From Macrostomum lignano (lineage: Eukaryota), in assembly GCA_002269645.1 (NCBI GenBank), contig NIVC01004204.1, positions 1 through 55,416 of the forward strand: a stretch of 55,416 bases of DNA, read 5' to 3'. How positions within the stretch are numbered: position 1 is the stretch's first letter; each line of letters opens with the position of its first letter. A model generated the notes under the pieces. The model ran no database searches and had not been told where the DNA came from. It saw only the letters and a list, made by a program, of their open reading frames with translations. Of the stretch, positions 25,847-38,160 are shown one piece after another. Position numbers and translations under genes: made by a program.

Positions 25847-26922
25847 GTCGGCAAGTCATGAAAAGAGTTTTGCCCCAGGCCTGGAGCCCCTCAAAGCCAG
25901 TGAGGCCCAAGGCACGTGCACCGGGACTCAACTGTCTAATTATTCATGCTGGCAGGGAACTGAAGCCAGCACGGAAGCCTGTCGCAAAAAAACAAGCATT
26001 AATACACAGATATAACTTGAGAGGCAGCTAAGGAGTTTCCCGTCAGCTGCGTTCCTGACCCAGCCCCGGGCAGGCCAACCAAATGGTCTAATGGCGTCAC
26101 CCCCACTGAGATGTCAGGCGGTGCTTATTCGGGGCTAAAAGCTGTGATTAACTCCAAGACCCCCAGTGCCATAGAAACAGACTGGAGTTGATGCCGCTTC
26201 CAGCTGCATCTGAACTGCTCAGCTCTTCCGTGCAGGCTTGACACGACTTGTCAGTTTATTATTTATTAGGGCGGGCTGGGGGCAGGCCGAAGACAGTCTC
26301 ACTGTCTGAGCTGAAGGTACATAGAATACACTTCTTAATGCCCTTCTCCAATACACTGAATGGGATCGGCACGGATCTATAGGCAGGCTATAATGCAATG
26401 TATTCTCAAGCTGAAGTCAGGCTGTATTAGCTGTAGCCACGACAGTACAAGCTGTGCGGACCTCTTGGATTTTCACCTTCAGCTTCACAAGCCTCACAAA
26501 TCGCTCAGATGATGATTATTCTCGTGTTCAGATGTCGAAGCTTATTGTCAGGTGTCTATTCAGCAAACTTGATGATTAAAAACACTGCATAGCTTCTTCT
26601 TTTGCAGCGTGTCCTGTTGTTTAATAATGAAATCTCAGCACATGATTGAAAACTCTTGACACCTGCTGATGCAGTCTTCACTTCGCATTCACACAACGGT
26701 CTACAAAGGGTGGCTCGGGAGCCAGACTCGTTTACCCCTGAGCTGCTCTACCTCAAATAAGAGAAGAAGAAGAAGAACGTTACTTTCTACTGACTAGCAG
26801 TAGCGCCTGGCAGGAAAAAACTTAACTTCACCGAAAGAAATTGTCGTCTTTTCTCTTCTGTTGTCTTCTGTTTTGTCAGCGTTCCTTCCAACGTTTCTGC
26901 AGAGACACTCCACAATGCAGAA

Positions 26923-27754
26923 TTGAAACATGAACATAACAAACACTTTGACACTTCCAACAAAAGCGAAACGGAAAGCAATCTGGATGATTTTAATGAA
27001 ATATTGGGATCTGCAGAAATAGGCAAGATCTCCTTGGATGCTGACCTCGGCGGAGCTCTTTTTCTTCGCGAGGGCCAGCGTCCAAAGACGATACCCTATG
27101 TGGTTTTCGTCCCTGCTAAGAGCACCGCAGCTGGACCAGACGTTATCCGCCGGGTCCTACTGCGTCTGAACCCCGACCTCCCTGCTAGTGGACTGGTGTA
27201 TCACCGCCGAGTCCGCAGGGGGGAGATGGGCAACTCAATTGTCCTCGGCCTTTCCAGCACTTGGGTGAGTCGGTACCCTAATGGATCCTCTTTCCAGCTG
27301 GGTGCCCTCAAGCTCAAGATGCGCCGAGGAAAGTCTGCCAAAGGGAAGGCTACTGCCAACCCCGGCATCTCCGGCAAGAGCGGGGCGCAGTCTAAGGCCC
27401 AAGGAAAGGCGCAAGCCGATCCCAAAGCCAAAGCTGTGTCTCGCCCCTCTGCTAGCAGCAGTTCGGCGACCGCGGTAACGGCTCCGGCCAAGCCCCGGGA
27501 ACCAAATCTGCCAGTCGGAGAAGGAGTTGAGGACGAGGCCGGGTCTTCGGAATCCGAGCTCTCCTCGGCCACCCTTGTGGGGTCTGAAGGTAAAGATGCA
27601 GATGAGGAAGCTTCCTCCATCCTGTCGTCGGAGCCTGAGGACTCTGCTGGGGGGCCGGTGGGGTGAGGAGGCCATGGACGTCGACCAACTCCCATCTCCC
27701 AGTCAAGCCCCAGCGGCCTGGGACGAGGACGATCTGTTCTCCAAGTCTCCTTGA
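26923..27754 (+). CDS. LINE ORF1 (gag-like), probably frameshifted in a G-run near 27655
   Basis: 247-aa ORF 26923-27666 directly upstream of ORF2, with a basic/acidic low-complexity tail. The overlapping frame ending at 27754 is the likely original end. Confidence 0.65.
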
Positions 27755-27793
27755 TGGCCCGGGGCTCTAGCCAGACATTGCATTTAATACAGT

Positions 27794-30700
27794 ATGACTA
27801 AGCTCCACGCTGCCAAAGGAGCGACATTCTGTCTGCAAATAAATTTACAGCATTGCGTATCTGCGTCAGTAAATCTGATGAAGATTGCTGAGCTGTACAG
27901 GCCAGGCCTCATCCTGATCCAGGAACCCTGGATGCGCAACGGTAAGTTGCCCAACATTCCCTCTGGCTACTCTGATTTTTATGTGTGTGGCCCGGGGAAC
28001 AGCCGCCCTAGAGCGGCTATCCTCGCTGCTAGCCATCTTCAGGCTTAGCTGAGGACTGATCTCTCTGATGGAGACCTTTGCGTCATCCAATCTAATCATT
28101 TCTCTCCGCGTACGTGTCTTGTTGCCTCGGTTTATATCCCAGGCGACAGAGACCCTGCTCCCGAGAGTTTACTGCGCCTTGCGCAGTACTGCGAGTCCCA
28201 GAACGCTGAGCTGTGCTTAGGGGCGACCTCAACGCGCACCACAAGCACTGGGGCAGCAAAGATACCAACACTAGAGGAGAGGAGCTTCTGGCCCTCATCT
28301 CTAACACAAACCTCATGCTCTGCAACCGCGGCAGCACTCCTACCTTTAATAATGGCAGATGGACCGAGGTCCTCGACGCCACACTCGTTACCCCAAGACT
28401 CTTTGACAGAGTTGAGGAGTGGAGAGTCTGGTCTGAGGAGCCCTCCCTGTCTGACCACTGCTTTATCGCCTTTAACATCGCGGACACTAAAACCCAGTCT
28501 CCGATCACTTGGAGGCGCAATATCCGCAACACTGATTGGGCGGCCTACAAGGCTGCCCTTGATCTGCACCTGCAGGAACTCACGGACTTACGTCCGATTG
28601 AGACCTGCGAGGATGTGGATCATATGGCTGAGACGCTGACAGGTTGCATTATTGCAGCCTACGAGCGGCTTGTCCTGCTCGCGCCTACAAAGGCAAGACT
28701 TCGTCGCCGTGGTGGAACCCGGAGCTGGGGAAACTCAGGCGGAAGGCCAAAAGCCTTCATCGCCATGCCATGAAGACCGGAAACCCGGAGGACATGGAGC
28801 TTTTCCGGCAAGCCTCCCGCAATTTCAAATCTGAAGTGCGCAAGGCCAAGGAATGTAAGTGGCGCCAATTCTGCAATGAATTGGATCAAGACAGACCTAC
28901 TTCTAGGCTTGTCAAGGCCCTTACAATGGACAAAATGTCCAAATTAGCCATGATCAAAAAAGATGATGGCTCTCTTACTAAAGACCCTGAAGAAGTGCTT
29001 CAGCATATGCTCAGCACATTCTTCCCGAGGGTACCTACTGCTAGACCGGAGCCCAACCATTCGATGGATGGAGCCACCCTAGCGGCGGGCATTGTCACTG
29101 AAGACCTAATCGCTCGTGCGGTCAGAACCTTCAAACCCTTCAAATCTCCTGGACCTGATGGTATCTACCCTGTTCTCCTTCGTGAAGCAGCCAAGATACC
29201 CTCGTTCCTGAGACTCACCCGCAATCTTATGCGGGCCTCTATCCAGCTGGGATACGTTCCCAAATGCTGGACTGAAGCTCGGGTAGTCTTTATTCCCAAA
29301 CCTGGGAAGGGTGACTACCAAAGCGTCAAGGCCTTCCGGCCTATTAGCTTAACGTCAGCAATGCTTAAGCTCACTGAGAGGCTTATTCTCTGGCGGCTGC
29401 TATCCTGCGAGCTGACAGTGATGCCCCTCAGCAATAATCAGCACGCCTTCCGTACTGGGAGGTCGACTGACAGCGCCCTGCATGCGATTGTCGAGAAGAT
29501 TGAACGGGCGGTACTGGGTGACGGTAACGCCCTGGCTCTTTTTCTCGACATTGTTGGCGCCTTCGACAACGTTATCTTTGAAGCGTTTTAGAGGGCCCTT
29601 CAAAATCGCAAAGCTCACGCTACCCTCATACGGTGGATCATGTACATGATCTCTAACCGTACGGTCACTGCCCAACTTCTTGGGCAAACTGCCTCCGCCA
29701 GAGTCTGTAAGGGTGGACCCCAAGGCGGAGTCCTCACCCCGACGCTCTGGAACCTGGTCATGGACGCTCTTTTGAGTGACTCCCGACCCGACCCCGTCTT
29801 CAAAGTCGGGTATGCTGATGACGTCACGGCCATTGTGGCAGGACCGTCTCCCAGCACGCTCAGGGATCTGATGCAGAGCTTTATCCGCAAAGCAGAATCC
29901 TGGGCCAATGACAATGGTCTGGAACTCTCTGAGCCCAAAACCGTTGCCATTATGTTTACCAGCAGACTACGCTGGAACATACGTCCTCTGCAGCTCTACG
30001 GCAGAGATATTGCCTTCGCGCACCAGACCAGATGTCTCGGGGTCACACTTGACCACCGGCTCAACTGGTCCTTCCACGTGAAAGCAAAAGCCAAGCGTGC
30101 CTCAGCCATCCTGGCCCAGCTCCGACGAGCACTTGGCACTTCTTGGGGTCTATCCCCAAAGCGGCTTTGGTGGATCTATACTTCCGTTGTTAGACCTGCC
30201 ATTACGTACGCCTCGGTTGTCTGGGTTAGCGCTACCCAGGTCAAAAGCCATGCAGACCTGCTCAACACGATCCAAGGCAGAGCGTGTAGGCTCATCTGCA
30301 ACGCCACCAGGTCCACGCCCTTTGCTGGCATGGGGGCCTTCCTTAATCTTCCGCCTCTTGACCTCTTCGTCAGGGGTGAGGCAGCTAGAATGACGCGGCG
30401 TCTAATTGATGCCGGCGTCAAATTCATTTACATGAGAGCACCTGCTAAGCGGAACCTTGTCCCGCATAGCGACCTGTGCCTCAACTTTCTCAACGAGTGT
30501 CAGGCCAATCGCGTCTTCACCGATGGCATTGCCTCAACGCTCAACCTGAGACAGCGCTACTCCGTAGCTATCGACTCGCGCGATAACATCAATGACCAAT
30601 GGAACCTTGGTGAGCTTCATTGCTACACCGACGGTTCTAAGCAGTCAGCCAACACCGGCTTTGGTGTTGGAATCTTTCTGAACGGGAGGGTCATCGCTAC

Positions 30701-31532
30701 CCACGCTCAATACACTGGGGTCAACTCCAGTGTTTTCCAAAATGAAGTTCTGGCCATCAGCTCCTGCACTGCAGAGCTTCTCGCCACTGGCGTTACTGGT
30801 AAGAACATCATTTTCCATTCGGACAGCCAAGCTGCCTTGCACGCCATCAGTGGCTGCAGCACCAACTCTGCTACAGTCCTCGACTGTATCAAACTCCTCA
30901 ACGTGTTGGGTTCCACCAACAAAATTACCCTTAAGTGGGTTCCGGGGCATGTGGGGATCCGAGGAAATGAGTTGGCTGACACCCTTGCAAAAGTTGGTGC
31001 CTCCGGCTCCTCTCTCGGCCCCGAACCTCTTGTCCCGATTCCTGGCTGTGTCATCGACTCGCGCATCAAAGCGTGGATCAGGACCCAGCATCACTCGACT
31101 TGGGCGAACTGCACTACCTGCAGGCAATCCAGAGGCGCTGTCCCTCAGCCCTCTCACCAGCTCCGGAAGCTCCTCTTGCGCCTCTCGCGCAGAGACATCC
31201 GGGCTGCCACCATGACCCTCTCTGGTCACGGCTGCTTCTCCAGGCACCAGTACCTGCAGGGCAACGCCACCAACGCCACCTGTAGTTTCTGCAACTCAGG
31301 TGACGAAACCGCTGAGCATTTCGTCAGCATCTGTCCCGCCTTCACGCGGGCCAGACTCACTTACCTCGGGCCACACACATCTATTACTGAAGCGTGCAAA
31401 CCCGAAAACTTTAATCAGCTCATGCGCTACCTTCGGGCCACCCGCAGGGCTGAACTCTCCTTTCCAGAGAGCACTATAGCTGCTGGCGACACTGGGGGAC
31501 CTCCCTGGGCGGCGCCAACCCTCCGTCCATAG
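27794..31532 (+). pseudogene. LINE ORF2 (AP endonuclease, reverse transcriptase, RNase H, CCHC), disrupted
   Basis: LQINLQH, LIQEPW, GDLNAHH.HWGS, SDHC (APE); KSPGPDG, FRPISLTS, QHAFR.GRST, FLDIVGAFDN, GPQGGVLTP.LWN, YADD (RT); YTDGSK, SDSQAAL, WVPGHVGIRGNELAD (RNase H); C..C.......HF...C. In-frame TAG at 28046 and 29589; 1-nt shifts near 28220 and 28668. Confidence 0.92.
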
Positions 31533-31960
31533 CGACGCGTCGGCCGTTCAGGGACTAGCGGAATGGGCGCCCGCGCCTTCCCGCTGTGTCCCCTCCGGGA
31601 CAGCCCTGCAGCTAAGTCAAGTAAGTCAAGTCAACAGGCAAGAGTTAACAATAGCTCAGACTGCTCAGAATACAAGGTGTAAGCGATGCTCAGACTATGA
31701 CCGGCAGATGACTGTGCAATGACTCAAATATCAGCTTTGCAGATCGTAATAATGCCTTTAATCGAGAGATTTAAGGTAGGTGACAAACAACGGCTTTACC
31801 TACAGCAGCAGTGACTCCAAAGCCGGCAGTGGATGCAGCTGATGGATTTCATCCAGGGCAATCCAGCTGTGACGGCCCGCTGCCAATCTGCTAGCGAGTG
31901 AGTCTCAGCTCGAGCTGGCTCACACAGGCAGCGAAGCGAAGCAGCTCTGCCAGAGTGAAT

Positions 31961-31997
31961 CATGGACAACTAGAGTACTCTACTCTAGTTGTCCATG
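31961..31997. mobile_element. 37-bp hAT-like mini inverted-repeat element
   Basis: CATGGACAACTAGAGTA-ctc-TACTCTAGTTGTCCATG flanked by the perfect 8-bp direct repeat gagtgaat (31953-31960, 31998-32005). Confidence 0.8.
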
Positions 31998-32899
31998 GAG
32001 TGAATCTAATCGGATTATTCCCGTGCCAGATTCTGCTTCACCTGAGCTTCAGCCTGCAGCCTTCTGGGCTCGAAAAATCGATAAATTGTAAATAATAAAG
32101 TTAGGATAAATTATAAAAAAACGGTTCATGCTTTATGTCGATTGCTAATTGACTTCGTCTCAAAGTCATCTCAAAGTCGTCTGTCTGTACATTACACTCG
32201 GCGTTTTCCTTCAGTAGCAACTCAAAAAGTTTCCGATGCAGATTGCCAAGACCTCGGTGTGCTGCCGAGCTGCATCAGATCAATTTCATTTCAGTGAGTA
32301 CTTGTTCTGCATCCTGACTGCAAAACAGCTTCTCAAACAACATTAGCATTGAGGGATCAAGAAGATATAACTGATCAGAGCACTCGTGGCGAGTTCGCGC
32401 CCGCATTTGAAATGAATTTATTTAAAATTCAACTTACTATTATCAGTTTAGACAAAGCCAGCTCAATTCGAATAATCAAGTAAAATACAGCAACAACAAA
32501 AGCAAAGTAAAAAACGCAACCCAAACAAATCAACTCATGCGATCAAGGTCCGTCAGATGACGCTTCCCACCTGTAGAAGTCACCGTTGGCGCAGGATAGT
32601 GAAACAGGACCTCGGTTTTAGATATATAGTACACTACTAAATGGTTTATAATCGAACTAATCTACGCAAAATTGAAGTTACCCCATTACAGAAACGACAG
32701 TGTACTAAAAAACACAAACTCAGTTTATTCACTACAGTAGGTTGAAGAGTAAAAGGGAAAAATCACGGCTTTCGTTAAATCTCGATAATTATTCATTTCA
32801 CTCAAAAAAACAAAAAATGAATCCCAGCGTAAAAAATTCTGCGATAATTTTTTATTAAATTTACATGAGTAAGCCGCATCTTATCTAAATGTATAACTC

Positions 32900-32956
32900 G
32901 GCTTCATTCGCACTCAGCTGCGGACAAAGAAGTCACCGCTGCCGGCGCTGCTGAAC
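32900..32956 (-). pseudogene. 3' remnant of a fourth WSC-PAN paralog
   Basis: Reads FSSAGSGDFFVRS-stop followed by gtgcgaatgaagc, matching the ends of the genes at 34202, 38161 and 53793; the rest of the CDS is absent. Confidence 0.6.
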
Positions 32957-33245
32957 CAGTTTCCATTGTCAGAGAACAGGATTATTAGATAAAAAATCCA
33001 AAATTCAAAGAGAGAACTGTGTGGTTTGCCAAAACTTCAACTTGCGCAGCATAAGGCAAGCCGCTTTAATCTGGACAGCATGAAATTTGAGTCCCGGACA
33101 AATCATATAGCTGCTGTTTGGGGAGGAAAAAAAGAAGGGAATAAATAATTATGACGCATCGTGATGACTTCCGCTTAATATAGAGATTATGAAAACATCC
33201 GATCGCACTCAAAACAGTTACTCTTTTCTTCTCAACGGCAATTAA

Positions 33246-33972
33246 CAGCAGAAAGACCAGGGGGGGGGCTGTATTTCAAATACACACATTTTCCTTTGTC
33301 TGGATCTCCAAAAATATTCAACCAATTGCCATGAAAATTTTCCGCTCTATTCGATGGAGCAACTTCGAGAATCAGGAAAAATCGGCATCGTCGAGATATT
33401 CAACGATTATCCTCGGGGTGCCTTGTGGCAAAAATCACCAACATTGGCAAAAAATTTTCCACGTCGGCTCAACAAACTAGTCGTGAGGCCTTTGTTCTCA
33501 GCATCTAAGGCACCAGGGTCCCCTTCAGCACCGTCTGGAGCATCGGCGGCGACCGTCGGCACCTTCAACAAAAGCACCCGTCGGTATCTCAGAGACGGCT
33601 GCGTTCCCAAAACTGAAGTGGATGAATCCTCTTCTGCATGCAGCATTCAGTCAGTAGACACAATCGGTGAATAAAATGGACGATGGTGACCCTCTAGGCT
33701 GACCTGTAGACATAAAGGCGACCTTCGGGACCTTCAACAGAGTGCCACCACGCGGCCACCCCGAGGAGAATCGTTGAATATCTCGACGATGTTGACGTAG
33801 GATGACTTTGAAAGTCAGTTCGTCGGAAAGGGCAGAAAAGTTTGATCCATATGGTGGACTTTTAGGAAAATCGGTAATTCGGTTTGCGAGAAATCGTGAA
33901 ATGGGTTGTGTGCATTTGCAATATACCCCCGTGGTCTTTCCCCATGGGAAAAATAGCGTGGTCTTTCTATTG
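33246..33972. mobile_element. 727-bp non-autonomous foldback/MITE element with TTAA target-site duplication
   Basis: TTAA at 33242-33245 and 33973-33976. Termini CAGCAGAAAGACCA / TGGTCTTTCTATTG (12/14 match). Inner 35-bp inverted repeat 33386-33420 vs 33757-33791 (1 mismatch). The paralogous empty site caattaacagaacaaaagcag is near 37819. Confidence 0.8.
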
Positions 33973-34201
33973 TTAACGGAACAAAAGCAGAAACCGAATG
34001 TCTTGCACACAGAAGCGCATTCGCAAAGACTATCAAGGAAAGCAAATTGAAGCGTTGTGATAAAAATACAACGTTGTTAAATTTCGGGACAAAAAATGAA
34101 GCAAAAAAAGTTGAAATTATGTGACATGATCTACCTCTAAGTTGCGCTTCGTAAAGTTCGTCTGCTCTGCACAGTCGCAGCAGCACCTGTCGCATTCGCA
34201 C

Positions 34202-34980
34202 TCAGCGGCGGACAAAGAAGTCGCCGCTGCTGGCGCTGCTGAGCGCGGCCGGGACCGCAGCAAACTCCAGCAGGTGGCACAGGCGCTGCTGCTGGCTGAA
34301 GATCACCGCCTGGCAACCGGAGCGGCACCGGTACAAGCACTCGGGCAGCCCGGCACACTGCAGTGTTCTGAAGGCGGGCGCATCCGGGACGCTCAGCTCA
34401 ACGAAGGTCCGGTTACCGGGAACGAACACGTTCCGGTCTGCAGTTTAAAATGAGCGCCAGTTGCATTAATACCAAGCCTTTCTACATAGAAAGAGATTTG
34501 TACTTTTAACCAACTCATGCAAGCGTCTTCCGAACTGCCCGTGTAGCTCAGCCGGAGCACCCGGTTTCGGTAGTCGCCTCCGCAGTTCTGGCCCGAGTTT
34601 CCACTGCAAGCGAGATTGCATTCCGAGTCAGAAGCAGCGCCCAGCGACCCGTAGGAGTTGCCGCAGAAGCACCAGTATATGGCCTGCAGAGCCGCGAACT
34701 GGAAGCCGCCCAGAGCGCAGACGCTGCTGCACAGCTCGTGAGTCATTATCGAGTAGCTGCCGACAAAAGCGCCACTGGCATCGTTTATCGGAGATACCTC
34801 GGAGCTTCCGATCCGTATGAGGCCAATGTGCTTCATGTCATTGACGTCTCTCACGCCATTCGCGTCGTCAACGAAGCAGCCGAGGTCCGAGATCTGGAAC
34901 TGGCGGCAGAGAGCGGCGCAGATCAGGCAGCTCAGGATCGGCATGCCGGTCCTGTACAGAGCCGGCATGGTAGGCTGCAT
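34202..34980 (-). CDS. Secreted WSC + PAN/Apple domain protein, copy 1 (2 exons)
   Basis: Exons 34980(or ATG 34968)-34536 and 34437-34202. Signal-like PILSCLICAALC. WSC motif LGCFVD...MTHELCSSVC..GGFQFAALQ..WCFCGNS...ECN.ACSGNSGQNCGG..RNRV. PAN motif C...C.SGCQAVIFSQQQRLCHLL. The donor position is inferred from copies 2 and 3. Confidence 0.82.
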
Positions 34981-36654
34981 TTTCAGAGAAATTGGCGGAG
35001 TTCGGACTCAGAGTAGAGAGAGAGAGAGAGCGGATTCGCAGCGAGAGGCCTTATCACAGCTGTGTGAAGCGCATTATATTTGCTAACACAGAGACAATGG
35101 GCCTTCAATACAGAACCCTTGACGGGTTTGCACAGTTGCATGATTCCTGATTGGAATCCGTTGGCTGCCGCCATTGCGTCAAAGCCAACAGGCCCCCGTC
35201 TGTTTGTGTAAATGTAAATTACACATCACGCCGCAGAAGTGAAGAGCGGCTCACCGTCTTGACCACCTGGAGGACGCGGCATTCACTTGCACGAAGTGCA
35301 AATAATTTAAATCTGCCAATAATAAGTTATTAATGTCAAATTCATTGCACGGCCGTCCCCAGACAGGGAGCAAGGAAATACAAGCCAGTTACTCTAAGGC
35401 CGACTTCACTTCGCAACTTAAGAAATCCTTCTCTACTCGGAAAGTTGTACAATTGTCCTCTTTAGAACAACTCATAAATTGAAACTTCTCGACTATTCTA
35501 AATCCAATTAATTGTAAATTCACTCCACATTCCCGAAAAGCGGGCTTGTCTTTGCCATCTATTTTAAATTGCTGCTAAACCTGCTGATCGAACATGCCGG
35601 CTTAAAATGCCCCTTAGAAGTAGAATTAAGGGCTCCTCACTGGGTGAAACTACGAGCAGCGTCTGCAATGCTTGACTTCATGCTGTTGGCCAGAAATCCA
35701 TAATAAATGATCTGAAAAATGCTGCAGCAGCTGTTACAGCTTTGAGTAGTGCCCACTAAAATCGCAGATTTTTTATTCCTGGATGCCGTTGCGCAGCTTG
35801 GATATTTCTCTGCAGGCAAAACTAACTATTGCTTAACTGATAAACAGCTGGAATTTAAACCCACAGAATTTGGAACCCTGTATCTCTTTTGCTTCTTTGA
35901 TTTAAAATCTAACAAAATTTTTTTAAATAGCTAGTGCAACAGAAGTTAGGAAAAACCAAACAAGGTCTACCAGTTCGATTCCGTCGGTTTATTTCAGCAG
36001 GATTCTACTGTCTCTTTTTCTCTCCATCTGTCCTCTCTCCACCCTATTGCCCACAGTCCCTTCTATCTGTCTACTCTCCCTCTCTCCCTTTGTTCACACT
36101 GATCTCCCTCCCCCCTTCGATCTGTCTATACTCTCACTCTGTTATCCCTGTCTTCTCTTCCGCTGTACCCTTTTTTCATCCTCCCTCTCTTGCATCTGCC
36201 CTGCATCCCTTTCATCTGTCCTCTCTGCTGCTCTATCTGTCTTCTTGTCTACTGCTTTTTCATCTCTCCTCTCTCCCTGTTTTCTATAGCTTTCTCTGTT
36301 TCCCTGTTTTCTCTAACTGCTCTACTGCTCCACAAGCGAAAGAATAGATAAAAATCAGGCAAACTTCACATGCTCATAGTTTCTGTCCTGTCCTGATTGA
36401 GTTATGAAGCTGAGACTCCATGTTAGGACAGAAAACATATCAAGGCGCAATCGACTCAAGTTTGAAATAAATATATTTATTTGGGGCAAAGTTATGGCAG
36501 TCTAAATTAGCCAGGGAAGTAAGAGCCAGGGAATCCGACCTATTGGCTCGCTGTGCTGCGCTGCGAGAAGCAAAGCTGACTTAAAGCTTTAACCCAGAGG
36601 CTGGCAAACTTTTTTCCTCAAGGGCCAGATGAAAAATCCAGCGCAAGCTCATGA

Positions 36655-36850
36655 AACATGAGAGACAGCGAGAGATGAGATAAGAAAGAAGACAAGAGGA
36701 GAAAAGAGGGAAGAGACGAGAGAAGGAAGAGAAAAAGGAAGTAGGTAGAGAGGATAGAGGGTAGAGAGGATACAGGGTAGAGAGAATACAGGGTAGAGAG
36801 GATAGAGGGTAGAGAGGATAGAGGGTATAGAGGATGGTAGAGAGGACAGA
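36655..36850. repeat. GA-rich low-complexity tract with 16-bp units (agagaggatagagggt); a CT-rich tract also lies at ~36010-36330
   Basis: Direct reading. Confidence 0.7.
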
Positions 36851-38160
36851 GGAACTTCACATTGCCGAGCACGCTCTTCCATAAGGTTCGGCGTAGTGAA
36901 AGATGCTGCTAAAATGTTTTTTGGCAATGTGAAGTTTTGGCCTAGTGAAAGAGAGTGCTTTTCAGGAAAGTGAAATTTTTGCCTAATGAAAGCGCCCCGT
37001 GAATTTGTTGCGGTTGTAAACTTTTATTGAGTTTGTAATATTTGTACGTTTGTAACTCGCGCTAAAACTATCAACTCTTTCGTTTCAGACGACACACAAA
37101 TCTCGAAGTACAGTTAGTTACAAGCAGATACAGTTGTTCATTGTAGTAAATGAACAGGACAAGTATGCAAAACAGATTAAGCGTTGTTGTTGAAAGGCTA
37201 AACTTTGTAATTAAAACGTAAAAAAAAATAGTTACTGTAACATTCACATGGGTATTAACGGCTTAATAAGCCTTAAAAGAGTTAGTAACCAGTTAATGAA
37301 ACAGCGCTTGCAAAGCTTGCAGGAGTAGAATTAGTTTAGTGATTGCTGATTATCGATTATGTTAAAATATCAACTCTCAGTGTCAGAAAAACAATAGGAG
37401 GAAGTCCGCAAATGACTAAAAACTTTCATTGCAATGAACTGAGGAATTATATTGATACAAAAGTACTTCAAATAATAAGTTCGCAATTCTGTCTTGACTA
37501 AATAAATTTCACCAGTACGAACCACTAAATTAAATTGAATCAAAAAGTGCATTGAAAGGTGAGTACTCGTAAGTTTCGGGCTTCAAAAAAGAAATGTAAA
37601 ATCCTGTGTCCTTTGCAAAAAACTGAAAGTGTGCAGAATTCGGCGGCCAGCCGCTTGTATCCGAGTAGCAGGACAGTTGAGTCTTCAAAAGATTACAAAG
37701 CTTCTGTTTGAGAGGGAACCAAAGGCAATAAATAACTATAACACGCCAATCAATTTCTCTGGTTTTGAATCCTGACAAAAATATCCGATTGCACGTAAAA
37801 CTACTCTGTTCTAATCAACAATTAACAGAACAAAAGCAGAAATCGAATGCCTAACACACAGAAGTGCATTCGCAAAGATTATAAAGGAAAGTACATAAAA
37901 ACATTTTGGTAAAAGTAAAAAAGGTTTAGCATTTTCGGATGAGAAGCAAAAATAGGTTCGCGTTCAATTTCGGCCAGTTGATTTCAGACGCAGACGTCTA
38001 CAGTTGTTAGTACTTTGAGTACTTTTGAGTACTTTAAAGTCTTTAAGTAGGCTTAGGTATGCTTGCTAGTTGACACTGTTTGTTTTGATTTGCCTCTAAA
38101 TTTCGGTTCTTACAGCTCGTCCGCTCTGCTCAGCTGCACCAGCGCCTGCTTCATTCGCAC

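Larger units (their letters stand above)
26923..31634 (+). mobile_element. Near full-length non-LTR retrotransposon (I group, LOA/R1-like) with ORF1 and APE-RT-RNase H-CCHC ORF2
   Basis: Two ORFs, 3' UTR and (AAGTC)n tail at 31614-31634. The 5' end and TSD were not identified. Clade is inferred from the QINLQH/LIQEPW endonuclease start and the RNase H domain. Confidence 0.9.

Noticed and set aside
26760-26922. 5' boundary and TSD of the large LINE
   Set aside because: No direct repeat matching the sequence after the (AAGTC)n tail was found by eye, so the boundary is left at the ORF1 start.
34536-34539. Possible GC-AG intron donor in WSC-PAN copy 1
   Set aside because: A canonical GT donor 3 nt downstream sits at the position homologous to copies 2 and 3 and keeps frame.
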